A stretch of DNA of 64,000 bases from positions 320 through 64,319 of the forward strand of contig JANWIW010000036.1 in NCBI GenBank assembly GCA_025449695.1. The letters are read 5' to 3'. The translations under genes were made by a program, and so were the position numbers. This DNA comes from Minisyncoccota bacterium. Lineage in GTDB: Bacteria; Patescibacteriota; Minisyncoccia; UBA6257; 2-01-FULL-56-20. Positions 36,714 through 46,400 of this stretch are shown here, one piece after another. Position 1 is the first letter of the stretch; the number at the start of each line of letters is the position of its first letter. Below the pieces are notes generated by a model. It made no database searches. It was not told the origin of the DNA and saw nothing but the letters and a program-made list of their open reading frames with translations.

Positions 36714-36806
36714 AAAAAACCCGCCACCAGTTGGCCTTTCGGCCTGCAGGAGTTTCCCCCTGCAACGCAAGACGCGTCCCTGATGACGGGATCTTTGCGT
36801 CTTGCG
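36714..36806 (-). ncRNA. Structured leader RNA with two GAAA tetraloop hairpins and alternative pairings
   Basis: CCCGUCAUCAG/CUGGUGGCGGG outer stem plus U6; inner hairpins; 10-nt competing complement. Confidence 0.55.
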
Positions 36807-36906
36807 ATTTTGAGCCATGCCGTGCAGTCTTCCGCATCGGTTTAGGCTATCCAGCCGTATGTAGTTGTATTCAAATCCTATAGTGTTCCCGCGCTATAAT
36901 CAACGC

Positions 36907-37623
36907 ATGGGAATTGCTCCAATTAAGCTGAATACCGGCCTGGAAATGGAGTTCCTGCGCTGTTGCAAAAGAGAATCGTTCCAAAAGGAGGTCATGGAGC
37001 AGCGTAAGTTGTTGAACATTCCAGGCCAAGGTTTCGAATCCGCTGAGAAGTTTCTAATCCAACAGCTCTTAACTGCGAAATTAGTTGATGTGAACCAGAA
37101 ATACAAGAACTTGAACAAAGGAGCTGCTGAGATTTGTGAAAAACTAGGGTTGCCCATGTATCTGAACAATTTAGTAGAGGCCTATATGGTGCTTGGAGAT
37201 GGATTTAGGGAGTACACATACAACTCTTTTTGGTCTACGGAGGCCGGGTGTCAAATAGACAGCTTAGGAGCGCTAAGAATTGTAAAAATTTATCCTGGAG
37301 CCTCCCGACCGCGAGTACTTAAGTTTATAAATAAAAATTGGGAGATCCTTGCAGGAGGACCTACGTTCAAACAGAGAAATCAGCCCAAGTCGAAACAGCT
37401 TCGTAAACGGCCCAGGGAGGAGAGGGATGAGAAGATATATAAATACTATAAGGCCGGGCTGGTTAGGTATGATGGAAGACCGAATATAAAGAACATCCAG
37501 GAGTTAGTTAAGAAGCCCAACGACAGATTTGTCGGGTTAAAAGATGTAGATCCATTCTTCGCAAGTATGAGAACGGATACTATCCGCAACATTATCAAGA
37601 TCCAGCGCAAGAGACAGCGTTAG
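36907..37623 (+). CDS. Hypothetical basic protein (possible DNA-binding)
   Basis: Open frame with TATAAT 6 nt before ATG; Lys/Arg-rich C-terminus. Confidence 0.7.
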   Translation: MGIAPIKLNTGLEMEFLRCCKRESFQKEVMEQRKLLNIPGQGFESAEKFLIQQLLTAKLVDVNQKYKNLNKGAAEICEKLGLPMYLNNLVEAYMVLGDGFREYTYNSFWSTEAGCQIDSLGALRIVKIYPGASRPRVLKFINKNWEILAGGPTFKQRNQPKSKQLRKRPREERDEKIYKYYKAGLVRYDGRPNIKNIQELVKKPNDRFVGLKDVDPFFASMRTDTIRNIIKIQRKRQR

Positions 37624-37710
37624 GAATCTGTCTGGGGGACGTTAATCAGGTTCAAATAAGCAGCCTTCACGGCTACTCTTATTACTTTAAACTCGGCCTT
37701 AAAGGTCGAG

Positions 37711-37839
37711 ATGGAACACAACGAACAAACAATTGAAGATGTTCTCGAAGAGCTGGCTCAACAGCTCGCGGACATCTTTATCGAACAAATAGATGAAAAG
37801 TGCAAAACAGAAGATGAAACGCGAGATACTCCCATCTGA
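37711..37839 (+). CDS. Small acidic protein (42 aa)
   Basis: MEHNEQTIEDVLEELAQQLADIFIEQI.., amphipathic helix, AAGG upstream. Confidence 0.45.
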   Translation: MEHNEQTIEDVLEELAQQLADIFIEQIDEKCKTEDETRDTPI

Positions 37840-37852
37840 CGCTGGAAGGCCA

Positions 37853-38125
37853 ATGTCCGAAGAGGAAAAGGTAGGCTATCTCCAAAACTTGAATCCAATA
37901 TTGCGCACTATCGTTGAGGTGGGAGAGGCTATTCTTTCCTACCAGCCTTTTGTGCCTGTGGCCAACGATAGAGTAATTGGCGACTTGGATGAATTCCTTT
38001 TGCGGCAAAATATCTCCGAGGGATTCGAAAGCCTGGGAGCAGCCTACCGTGAGATCTCAACCAAATGCATGCTCCTGGCGGCGGCAGTAAATCTCTACAC
38101 AGACTACATAATTGATGAAGAGTAG
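37853..38125 (+). CDS. Hypothetical protein
   Basis: ORF overlapping the next gene; start uncertain (37793 or 37853). Confidence 0.55.
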   Translation: MSEEEKVGYLQNLNPILRTIVEVGEAILSYQPFVPVANDRVIGDLDEFLLRQNISEGFESLGAAYREISTKCMLLAAAVNLYTDYIIDEE

Positions 38126-38483
38126 CGCCGGAAGGTTCGTAATCCTTTACTGGTCAGCTCTGACAGATTTCGGACTTTCCATCCATGAAGCCGCGCTGCT
38201 CCAACTATACTGCAGCTTATCGAACAATAGGGGGTATTCCTACGCGAGCATAGTCACTTTGGCGCGGATCATGGGCCTGTCAAAGCAAACCATCCGCAAC
38301 CTCAACTGGTCGCTAAGCGAGGCAGAGCTGATAACTATCGCCTATCGGCAAGGGCAAAAGTTCAACCGCGTGGTGGTATCCTCCAAATGGAAATCTTACA
38401 TAGGCCTGGAGGGACATGGCGACGGTTCTTCCGTGCTTAACGAGGACCTTTGGGGAACGGACGAGGATGATAAAAAATCTTGA
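38115..38483 (+). CDS. Winged-HTH protein (replication-initiator N-terminal type)
   Basis: LS..RGYSYAS..TLA..GLSKQTI..L..L....LI. Confidence 0.7.
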   Translation: MKSSAGRFVILYWSALTDFGLSIHEAALLQLYCSLSNNRGYSYASIVTLARIMGLSKQTIRNLNWSLSEAELITIAYRQGQKFNRVVVSSKWKSYIGLEGHGDGSSVLNEDLWGTDEDDKKS

Positions 38484-38677
38484 GGGGTGTCGGAGAGAGT
38501 CAAAAAATTGGGGCTGGGGAGCTCAAAATAGTTTATGCGCCGGGCTCCAATTTCTTGAGCCAATATATATAAATGATAAGAATAAAAATAACTTGTAATT
38601 GCATCCTTCGGATCAATTACACTCTCTCTAATTTAAATTAGGGTGCCATCCCTTAAAAAGTGTTGGAAAATAAAAAG

Positions 38678-40456
38678 ATGGAAAACAACAAAGTTGCGGC
38701 GATCTACTGCCGCGTCAGCACGGAGGACCAGGCCACCCATGGGATCTCCATAGAAGCGCAGGAGAGGGTGTGCGGCGAGGTCATCGAAAAAGAAGGGTAC
38801 GCCCTGCTTGAGGTCATCAAAGACGAGGGCAAGAGCGGCGGGAACCTGAACCGAGCAGGCATTAAGAGGCTAAAAGAACTCTGCGAGAAGAAGCTCATTA
38901 CCGCCGTTTTCATGGTCCATGCGGACCGCCTCTCCCGCAACACGGCCGACTACATCGGCATGATGGACTTCTTCAAAGAGAAAGGCGTCATGGTCCGCTT
39001 CGTATATCAGCCAACGATGGACCGCAGCACCGCCACCGGACAAACCATGGACACCGTGATGGCGGTGTTCAACGAACACTTCCGCCTGACCATCAAAGAG
39101 AAGACGAAGGCCACGCTCGACCAAAAGGCAAAGGCTGGGCTCTTCCCCGGCACCGCACCGTTAGGCTACATGAACGTGGACAATCCCTCGCCAACAAAGA
39201 TAGGCAAGCGCATCATCGCGCCTGACCCCGTAGGCGCTCCGTTCGTCCAGGAAGCCTTTAAGCTTTATGCCACAGGCAACTATAACGGCTTCGAGCTGAA
39301 CGAAATGATGTACCGGAAGGGTTTCCGCACCAAACGGGGCCTGAAGGTCCACCTAAGCCGCTTCTACGGCATGCTGGTGAACCCCATCTACGTCGGCGAA
39401 CTGCATTGGGGTGACATCCATCTCTCCAGGGCGCAGCACGAACCGCTTATAGACCGTGACCTGTTTGATAAAGTGCAGCGGGTCATGGCGGCGCATAACA
39501 AGCATGCCACTCGGAAGAGGAAATACACATTCCTCCTGCGAGGGTTCCTGAGGTGTCAGGAGCACCGGGACCGCAAGTACACGGCAGGACACACGGCCAA
39601 GCCCAGCGGCCTCATCTTTTCCTACTACCACTGTACGAACCGCTTCGGTTGTGCAGGCGGCTATGTGGACACGGATACACTGGAAGGTGAGGTGGCCTTG
39701 GAGTTTAAAAGACTGAAGTTTTCGGAAAGCTTCACAAACCGGGTCATCGGGAAAGCGAAGGCCGAGTTCGATGCCCGGCGCAAATCTTATGAACAGAAGA
39801 TAGCTCGCTTGGATGGCCAAAGGAATAAGCTATTTGCCCGCCGAAAGATCGCGGAGACCAAGATGTTCTCCGGCGTGCTTTCGGACGATGACTTTACCCG
39901 GATCAGGCAGGAGATAGCCGATGAGGTGAAGGTTATAGACGGCGAAAAGGCGAAGCTCGAGCAGCAGGACCACATACGGGTGGATATCGCTCAGGAGATA
40001 ACGGCTTTTATGCGAGATATGTACGCCACGTACAAAAAGGCTCATCCCATCCAGCAACGCCATTACCTAAACCTGTTCTTTGAACATCTGTTTGTCTATA
40101 AGGGCAAGGTCCAAGAGGTCGCGTGGAGCGGCCTCTTTGCTTCTTTGCTCAATTTGCAACATATAGAACAACAGAAAACCACAGGGAATATGGACCCAGT
40201 TAAAATAAGCTATGCCTGGGGTGCCCGACGGGATTTGAACCCGCAACCACTTCTGCCACAGAGAAGTGCTCTACCGTTGAGCTACGGGCACCATAGGTAC
40301 GGCGCAATTCTACCGCACCGCAGCCGATCCTTCAATCTTCATTCTGTATTAGGCCGTCTGCACTACGCTGGGGAATACGCGGAGGCCATCTGGACACCGC
40401 CTCGTGAAAAGTCCTACAATAGGAGGACTTCGCCGGACCGCACATCCCAAACATGA
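38678..40456 (+). CDS. Large serine recombinase; last ~78 codons read antisense through tRNA-His and flank
   Basis: YCRVST catalytic Ser, DRLSR, PLGY, NPIYVG, HEPLI, zinc ribbon LRGFLRC..YYHC, coiled coil. Confidence 0.93.
   Translation: MENNKVAAIYCRVSTEDQATHGISIEAQERVCGEVIEKEGYALLEVIKDEGKSGGNLNRAGIKRLKELCEKKLITAVFMVHADRLSRNTADYIGMMDFFKEKGVMVRFVYQPTMDRSTATGQTMDTVMAVFNEHFRLTIKEKTKATLDQKAKAGLFPGTAPLGYMNVDNPSPTKIGKRIIAPDPVGAPFVQEAFKLYATGNYNGFELNEMMYRKGFRTKRGLKVHLSRFYGMLVNPIYVGELHWGDIHLSRAQHEPLIDRDLFDKVQRVMAAHNKHATRKRKYTFLLRGFLRCQEHRDRKYTAGHTAKPSGLIFSYYHCTNRFGCAGGYVDTDTLEGEVALEFKRLKFSESFTNRVIGKAKAEFDARRKSYEQKIARLDGQRNKLFARRKIAETKMFSGVLSDDDFTRIRQEIADEVKVIDGEKAKLEQQDHIRVDIAQEITAFMRDMYATYKKAHPIQQRHYLNLFFEHLFVYKGKVQEVAWSGLFASLLNLQHIEQQKTTGNMDPVKISYAWGARRDLNPQPLLPQRSALPLSYGHHRYGAILPHRSRSFNLHSVLGRLHYAGEYAEAIWTPPREKSYNRRTSPDRTSQT
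40217..40292 (-). tRNA. tRNA-His(GTG)
   Basis: G-1, GTGCCCG acceptor, CTTCT-CTGTGGC-AGAAG, C73, encoded CCA. Confidence 0.95.
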
Positions 40457-42285
40457 GGAATTTCACCAAGAACTTCGCCTGGGCCATCGTCGCCCTCATC
40501 GCCATCGCGCTCGTCTTCTCCTTCCTGAACTCCACGGGCACTCCGACCCGCACCATCAGCCTGAACGACCTCGCCGCGAAGATAACCAACGGGCAGATCA
40601 AGGATATCAAGGTCTCCGGCGACGCCATCAACGTCACCCTGACCGACGACTCCAAGGCCGTGGCGAAAAAAGAGGACGGCTCTTCGCTCACCGAGACCTT
40701 CAGGAACCTCGGCGTGGAGCCCAACGCCCTGCAGCAGGTCAATTTCGAGGTGGCCTCGGAGTCAGGCATCCAGTTCTGGGCGGGCATCCTGGTCCCCACG
40801 CTCCTGCCCATACTTCTCATCGGCTTCATCTTCTGGATTATGTTCCGGCAGGCCCGCACGGGCGCGAATCAGGCGTTCAGCTTCGGACGCTCCGGCATCA
40901 AGCTCGGCGGCCTGGGCAAGGAAAAATACACTTTTGCGGACGTGGCCGGCCTGAAGGAGGCGAAAGAAGAGCTTATCGAGATCGTGGACTTCCTGAAGAC
41001 CCCGCAGAAGTTCCTTGACCTTGGCGCGAAGATCCCCCGTGGCGTCCTCATGGTCGGGCCTCCGGGCTCCGGCAAGACGCTTCTCGCGCGCGCGGTCGCG
41101 GGCGAAGCGGGCGTGCCGTTCTTCCACATCTCCGCCTCCGAGTTCGTGGAGATGTTCGTCGGCGTGGGCGCCTCCCGCACGCGGGACGCTTTCCAGACCG
41201 CCAAGAAAGCCGCCCCGGCCATCCTTTTCATAGACGAGATAGACGCCGTGGGACGCCAGCGCGGCACCGGCATGGGCGGCGGCAACGACGAGCGGGAACA
41301 GACCCTGAACCAGATCCTGGTGGAGATGGACGGCTTCGAGCGGGACACCCAGCTCATCGTGCTCGCGGCCACGAACCGCCCCGACGTCCTCGATCCAGCG
41401 CTCCTCCGTCCCGGCCGCTTCGACCGCCACGTGGTGCTCGACCTGCCGGACATCAACGACCGCGAGGCGATACTGAAGATCCACGCCCGCGGCAAGCCGC
41501 TCAAGGAAGGGGTGGACCTGCGCCGCATCGCCGTGCGCACGCCGGGCTTCTCCGGCGCTGACCTCGCGAACCTCATCAACGAGGCGGCGATCCTGACCGC
41601 CCGCCAGAACAAGAAAGAGATCGAGCTGCAGGAGCTCTTCAACGCCGTGGAGAAGGTCATTCTCGGGCCGGAACGCCGCTCCCGCTTCATCTCCCAGAAG
41701 GAGCGCGAGATCACCGCCTACCACGAGGGCGGCCATGCGCTGGTCGCGGCCTCGGTCATCGGCGCGGACCCCGTCCACAAGATATCCATCGTTTCCCGAG
41801 GCATGGCCGGCGGATACACCATGAAACTGCCCCTGGAGGACCGCCACCTGCGCACCAAGACCCAGTTCCTCGCGGACATCGCCATGGCCCTCGGCGGCTT
41901 CGTGTCCGAGGAGCTCACCTTCGGCGATGTCTCAACCGGTGCCTCGAACGACCTAAAGGAAGCTACCGCGCTCGCGAGAAAGCTCGTGACCCGCTACGGC
42001 ATGAGCGCCCTCGGCCCGCTCACCTTCGGCAAGGACGAGATGCACCCCTTCCTCGGGCGGGAGATCTCGGGCGACAAGGATTATTCGGAGGATACCGCCA
42101 GGCGGATAGACCAGGAGGTGCGGGCCTTCATCGATCGGGCGAACGTGGTGGCGCACAAAGTGCTGACCTCGAACAAAAAAGCCCTGAAGGTCCTGGCTGC
42201 GGCATTGATGGAAAAAGAGACCTTGGAGCAAGAGGAGTTCAACGAGATCCTGAAGCCGTTCAAGATAAAGCCGGTGGCCATATAA
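40453..42285 (+). CDS. ftsH: ATP-dependent zinc metalloprotease FtsH
   Basis: Two TMs, [25 protein letters not shown]. Confidence 0.98.
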   Translation: MRNFTKNFAWAIVALIAIALVFSFLNSTGTPTRTISLNDLAAKITNGQIKDIKVSGDAINVTLTDDSKAVAKKEDGSSLTETFRNLGVEPNALQQVNFEVASESGIQFWAGILVPTLLPILLIGFIFWIMFRQARTGANQAFSFGRSGIKLGGLGKEKYTFADVAGLKEAKEELIEIVDFLKTPQKFLDLGAKIPRGVLMVGPPGSGKTLLARAVAGEAGVPFFHISASEFVEMFVGVGASRTRDAFQTAKKAAPAILFIDEIDAVGRQRGTGMGGGNDEREQTLNQILVEMDGFERDTQLIVLAATNRPDVLDPALLRPGRFDRHVVLDLPDINDREAILKIHARGKPLKEGVDLRRIAVRTPGFSGADLANLINEAAILTARQNKKEIELQELFNAVEKVILGPERRSRFISQKEREITAYHEGGHALVAASVIGADPVHKISIVSRGMAGGYTMKLPLEDRHLRTKTQFLADIAMALGGFVSEELTFGDVSTGASNDLKEATALARKLVTRYGMSALGPLTFGKDEMHPFLGREISGDKDYSEDTARRIDQEVRAFIDRANVVAHKVLTSNKKALKVLAAALMEKETLEQEEFNEILKPFKIKPVAI

Positions 42286-42374
42286 AACGAAACGCCTCCG
42301 GTTGCACGTGCAGCCCGGAGGGTTCTGTTTCTGTGCGCTGCGGTGAACCGCAGCGCGACCGACGAACTCGCAAT

Positions 42375-43151
42375 TCAGCGGGAGTCCTGTCGGTCCTGCT
42401 CCACCTCATCCGCGACCGGGGATCCGGGATCGTCACTGGGCTCGGCATCGGTCTTCAGGGTCGCAACGACGACCTGGGTACCGCCCTGCAGCTTGATGTT
42501 GACGTCGGCGTTCAGAGCGGCGGTCGTGTCGGCATCTTGCGCAGGAGTAACCCGCAGCTCGGAACCGTTCACGTCAGCGACGTTCTCGGTGTCGGTCGCG
42601 GCGGCGGTCGTGTCGCGCGTCTCGGAATCGTTCTTCTTGTCCGCAGCGGCGACGTTGGCCGTCGCGTTATCCGGCGAAGCCTTCTGCACGATGTCGCGGG
42701 CGAGAGTGCCGTCTTCGCCGGCAGATTCGGTCTGCGCCTGGGTGCCATTGTTCACAGTTGTGTGATCGAAGAGGCTGTCCCGCGCGCGGTCCTGCTGCAT
42801 GAGCTCGCCCGAAGGAGAGGCGGCGGCGCTCGCCGCCGAGTCGTTGGGGGCAACTTCACCAGCCGCCGCGGGCTCGAGGGTCGTCGCCACGTTGAGGTGG
42901 TTGTTGGTGTTGCTGACAGGAGATGCGACGTAGGCCCTGGAAGCGGTGCCTGCCTTGTCGCTCGCCAAAGTGATTGCCGGGTTCGCGTCGAGACCGGCCA
43001 CAGGTGGAGTCGTGATCGTCGCCGAATTCCGCAGCGTCGTTGCCGGGGAGTTGTCGGAGGTCGCAGCCGTCGCGGCCAGCAGTACCGGCATTGCGGCGAG
43101 AGCGAGGGCGATCACCATGAGGGGAATGAGAAACCGTATCGTCTTCTTCAT
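42375..43151 (-). CDS. Secreted acidic Ala/Thr/Asp-rich low-complexity protein
   Basis: GAGGAG SD, signal peptide MKKTIRFLIPL.., terminator at about 42285-42330. Confidence 0.7.
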   Translation of the reverse strand: MKKTIRFLIPLMVIALALAAMPVLLAATAATSDNSPATTLRNSATITTPPVAGLDANPAITLASDKAGTASRAYVASPVSNTNNHLNVATTLEPAAAGEVAPNDSAASAAASPSGELMQQDRARDSLFDHTTVNNGTQAQTESAGEDGTLARDIVQKASPDNATANVAAADKKNDSETRDTTAAATDTENVADVNGSELRVTPAQDADTTAALNADVNIKLQGGTQVVVATLKTDAEPSDDPGSPVADEVEQDRQDSR

Positions 43152-43541
43152 GTTTCTCCTCGTACGGACGTTTAGTGTCATCGGGGATGTCGGCGTGGGT
43201 GGCGCGCCAGAGTGCGTTGGGTAGGTAAGTGAAACGTCAATCAAGTAACCCACTACTCAGTGCTCGGCATTAACGCGGCCGTCGCGTCAGCATCCTTTTC
43301 AGACAATCATATCTAGCGTCCTCCTATTTGTCAGACACACAACAATTCAGTTGTGAACGTACTCTGTGGCACCCATGCCCCCCAGATAGTTGAAAAGTAC
43401 CATGTATGCAAATTCCGTCAACCTTATGTATCCCCAGGTAATCCGGCAACCCGTTTGCCGGATACATATTCTGAAAATTCCTTGTATTTCCTACAAAGAA
43501 AGCATCTCCGTAACTCGATCGAAGGATGGATATTCGACAAA

Positions 43542-43618
43542 GCCCTCCTTCGCCAAGGCTTCGGAAGGACGCAGCGCGGGGCACAGCCCCACTTCGCTCT
43601 TTCGAGCTACGCGAGGCA
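43542..43618. repeat. REP-like short palindromes downstream of tRNA-Ile
   Basis: TCCTTC-GCCAAGGCTTCG-GAAGGA and CTTCGCTCTTTCGAGCTACG; related motifs at 8346-8370 and 44584-44617. Confidence 0.6.
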
Positions 43619-43659
43619 CAGCAAAATCTAAGCCTCGATTACTCGGCAAGATTTTTTAG

Positions 43660-43732
43660 TGCGCGTGCCTGGACTCGAACCAGGAACCGCCAAGGTATAA
43701 GCTTGGTGCTCTAACCATTGAGCTACACGCGC
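43660..43732 (-). tRNA. tRNA-Ile(TAT)
   Basis: GCGCGTG acceptor, CCAAG-CTTATAC-CTTGG, GGTTCGAGTCC. Confidence 0.9.
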
Positions 43733-43810
43733 AATTGCTTTCACTGCCGCGGCGGCGCGGAGCATCCGGCAAAGCGCATTTACTATAAACTAAAAACTTT
43801 AAACTAAAAA

Positions 43811-44407
43811 CTATCTCACTATTCCGTCGAAGCGATCCATGGCCTGGCCGGCCTGGCTGTTGAAGCTGTTGATGGCGCGCACTTCCGCATTGATGTTGGC
43901 CACAAGGATACCTATGTCGCTCGGCTTGCCCCGGCCGGTCTCGAAATGGGCCTCAAGGGCTATGATCAGGCGGCCTACCTCGTCGGTGTAACCGATCAGA
44001 CGGTTCTCGAGCGCGAGGCGGAGCGATATGGAATCCAGGGCCGCCTGCTGGGCGGCATCATTCGTGATGTCGGGAATGGCAAGAGTCATGACCTGCAGCT
44101 CCTTTGAGAGATCGATGGCGTGGGTACGGACACTGGCATTCTTGTCGCCCACCTCCTTGAGGATCGCGAGTGCTTCCTGGTACTGCCCTTGGCGGTCCAG
44201 CTCGTTCACCTTGGCGATGTCGGCCACAATGGCGTTCGATGAGTTCACGATATCCTGGGCGATCACCGCGCTTTTTGCACGCGCCTCATAAAACTGCTGG
44301 GGAACGCCCACATGGGGCGCGAAGACCACGCGCAAGACAAAGTAGGTGATGAGGCCCACGCCGAAGATCACGAAGAAAAGGATGAGCCGACGGTTTCTTG
44401 TTTTCAT
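43811..44407 (-). CDS. Membrane-anchored helical protein
   Basis: Basic N-terminus plus TM, coiled/helical remainder. Confidence 0.75.
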   Translation of the reverse strand: MKTRNRRLILFFVIFGVGLITYFVLRVVFAPHVGVPQQFYEARAKSAVIAQDIVNSSNAIVADIAKVNELDRQGQYQEALAILKEVGDKNASVRTHAIDLSKELQVMTLAIPDITNDAAQQAALDSISLRLALENRLIGYTDEVGRLIIALEAHFETGRGKPSDIGILVANINAEVRAINSFNSQAGQAMDRFDGIVR

Positions 44408-44612
44408 AAGATATCATTCGTAGCAGGTTATTTGTACGCGATTTCAGATGAAGAATCAAGGAGACTCGCTCCGCTTCTCATGGCATTGAGAAACGAGTCC
44501 GGAACGGTTAGAATCTACTGTTGAAAATGGTCCGCATTCGCGACGGACCGAAACCCTCCTTCGCGGTCATTCAGCGGGCTTCGCCCGCCGAAGCCCGCTA
44601 CGGCGGGCGAAG

Positions 44613-44683
44613 GCGGGTATCGTATAACGGTATTACCTCAGATTTCCAATCTGATGACAGGGGTCCGACTCCCCTTACCCGCT
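44613..44683 (+). tRNA. tRNA-Gly(TCC)
   Basis: GCGGGTA acceptor, TCAGA-TTTCCAA-TCTGA, U73; T loop variant TCCGACT. Confidence 0.92.
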
Positions 44684-44827
44684 CAAAAAATCATAGGGAT
44701 GATTTTTTGAGCGAGGCTCGCCCGGTACTCCATGGCGGCCCGCTCACTTATAAAATCTTGCCCATGTACTCAAGGCTTAGATTTTCTTAATACCCCGTAC
44801 TGCGGCACCAGGTGGTATACTGTGTCC

Positions 44828-45130
44828 ATGAGCGAATCGCTTTACGAGCCGACGCCCGCAGACCGCCCCTTTCAGGGCATGGACGTCGAACGGGTTCGCA
44901 AAGAGTTCGCCGGCGAGCTGGCGGCCGCCCTCGTGGGGAAGGCCGACAATTTGGAGTTGGATGTCGTGCGCCGCTTCGGGCAAGGGACTCTTATCCCCAC
45001 TTTGAGCGGAAAGGAGTTCGCGCTTATAGACGAGCTGATCGGCCGCGTCGAAGATCCCAACTTGCGCGCTTCGCTCCAGGAGCATTACGGCGGCATCCAG
45101 AGCCAGGACGTGGACCTGCTCACAAACTAG
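44828..45130 (+). CDS. Hypothetical protein
   Basis: TATACT 6 nt before ATG; acidic 100-aa ORF. Confidence 0.6.
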   Translation: MSESLYEPTPADRPFQGMDVERVRKEFAGELAAALVGKADNLELDVVRRFGQGTLIPTLSGKEFALIDELIGRVEDPNLRASLQEHYGGIQSQDVDLLTN

Positions 45131-46311
45131 GCCGCGATCCGGAAAAAGTGGCGTTTGCCCACTTTGAGCGTCTCCCCTTCTTTAATGATCAGCTTTGCGC
45201 TGGGATCTTTCAGCACCTCATCACCCACCCTCACCGACCCCGCGCTTATCAGTCTGCGGGCCTCGCTCTTACTGGATACGACCTCCGTTTTCATGACGAT
45301 GTCCAAAACACGGATATCCTCACGCGTGTTGATCTTGAGCGGCGGAAGTTCCGCGGCGGCCATGTCCTTTTTCGAGAAGAGCGTCTCCCACTCTTTGGCT
45401 GCCTTCTTGGCGGCGGCCTCGCCGTGGTATAGCTTCACGACCTCGAATGCCAACCTCTGCTTGGAAAGCTTGGGGCTCTCTTTGGTAAGTTCGCTCTTCC
45501 ATGCCTTCTCGTCCACGTTCGTGACGCACTGGAAGTATTCCGCGATGAGCTCATCGCGCAACGCCATAGTCTTTCCGAACTGCTCCTGCGGCGCGTCCGC
45601 GATGTTGATGACATTGCCCCAAGTGGTGGACATCTTGCGGCCATCGGTGCCGACGAGCATGCCGGTGATGAGTACGTCCTGGGGGTTTTGCCCGTAATGC
45701 GCCTGGATCTTCCTGCCCGCAAGCAGGTTGAAGGTCTGGTCGGTGCCGCCCAGCTCCACGTCCGCCTTCACGGCAACGGAGTCGTAGCCCTGCATAATAG
45801 GATAGGTCAGCTCCCGCAAGCTGATCGATTTGTGGTTCGCCCAACGCTCCCTGAAATTTTCCCTTTCCATCATCTGCTGAATGGTGAATATTTCCGCCAG
45901 GTCCAATACATCCCGGAAGCTGAGTTTGCCGAGCCATTCGCTGTTGTGCCGCACTTCTGTCTTTTTCATGTCCAATATCTTGCCGATCTGGGGAAGGTAT
46001 GTCTTGAGGTTGGCTTTTATGTCCTTCTCGGCAAGCATTGGCCGCTTGGCAAGCTTATCGGAAGGATCGCCGATCAAGGCGGTATAGTCACCGATAATGA
46101 GGACGATTTGGTGGCCCAGGTCTTGGAACTCGCGCAGCTTCCACAGCACTACCGCGCGGCCGATGTGGATTTTCGCGCCCGTAGGATCGATGCCCAGCTT
46201 CACCCGGAGCTTCTTGCCGCTCCGGAGCGCTGCGGCGAGATGATCTCGCTCGACGATCTCTTCCACGTTGCGTGCGAGAAGGCGCTCTATCTGCCCTGCT
46301 TTGGACGCCAT
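45127..46311 (-). CDS. tyrS: Tyrosine--tRNA ligase
   Basis: GIDPT..HIGR, YPIMQGYD, GGTDQ, KMST, C-terminal S4 domain. Confidence 0.97.
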   Translation of the reverse strand: MASKAGQIERLLARNVEEIVERDHLAAALRSGKKLRVKLGIDPTGAKIHIGRAVVLWKLREFQDLGHQIVLIIGDYTALIGDPSDKLAKRPMLAEKDIKANLKTYLPQIGKILDMKKTEVRHNSEWLGKLSFRDVLDLAEIFTIQQMMERENFRERWANHKSISLRELTYPIMQGYDSVAVKADVELGGTDQTFNLLAGRKIQAHYGQNPQDVLITGMLVGTDGRKMSTTWGNVINIADAPQEQFGKTMALRDELIAEYFQCVTNVDEKAWKSELTKESPKLSKQRLAFEVVKLYHGEAAAKKAAKEWETLFSKKDMAAAELPPLKINTREDIRVLDIVMKTEVVSSKSEARRLISAGSVRVGDEVLKDPSAKLIIKEGETLKVGKRHFFRIAA

Positions 46312-46400
46312 ATGGCTCGATTGTAGCACAAAGGGACGCTGGTGGGCGTCCCTTCGTTTGAATCCTTCGCCGGGCCCCTAAAGGGACTTCCTGCGGTCGC

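Larger units (their letters stand above)
26772..40222. mobile_element. Genomic island integrated at the tRNA-His 3' end via a large serine recombinase
   Basis: Recombinase abuts tRNA-His; AT-richer cargo including defence genes; left end inferred from a shared GGGT core and an orphan in-frame tail. Confidence 0.7.

Noticed and set aside
40223-40456. C-terminal 77 aa of the recombinase as a real domain
   Set aside because: It is the antisense translation of tRNA-His (ARRDLNPQP..) and the ftsH promoter region
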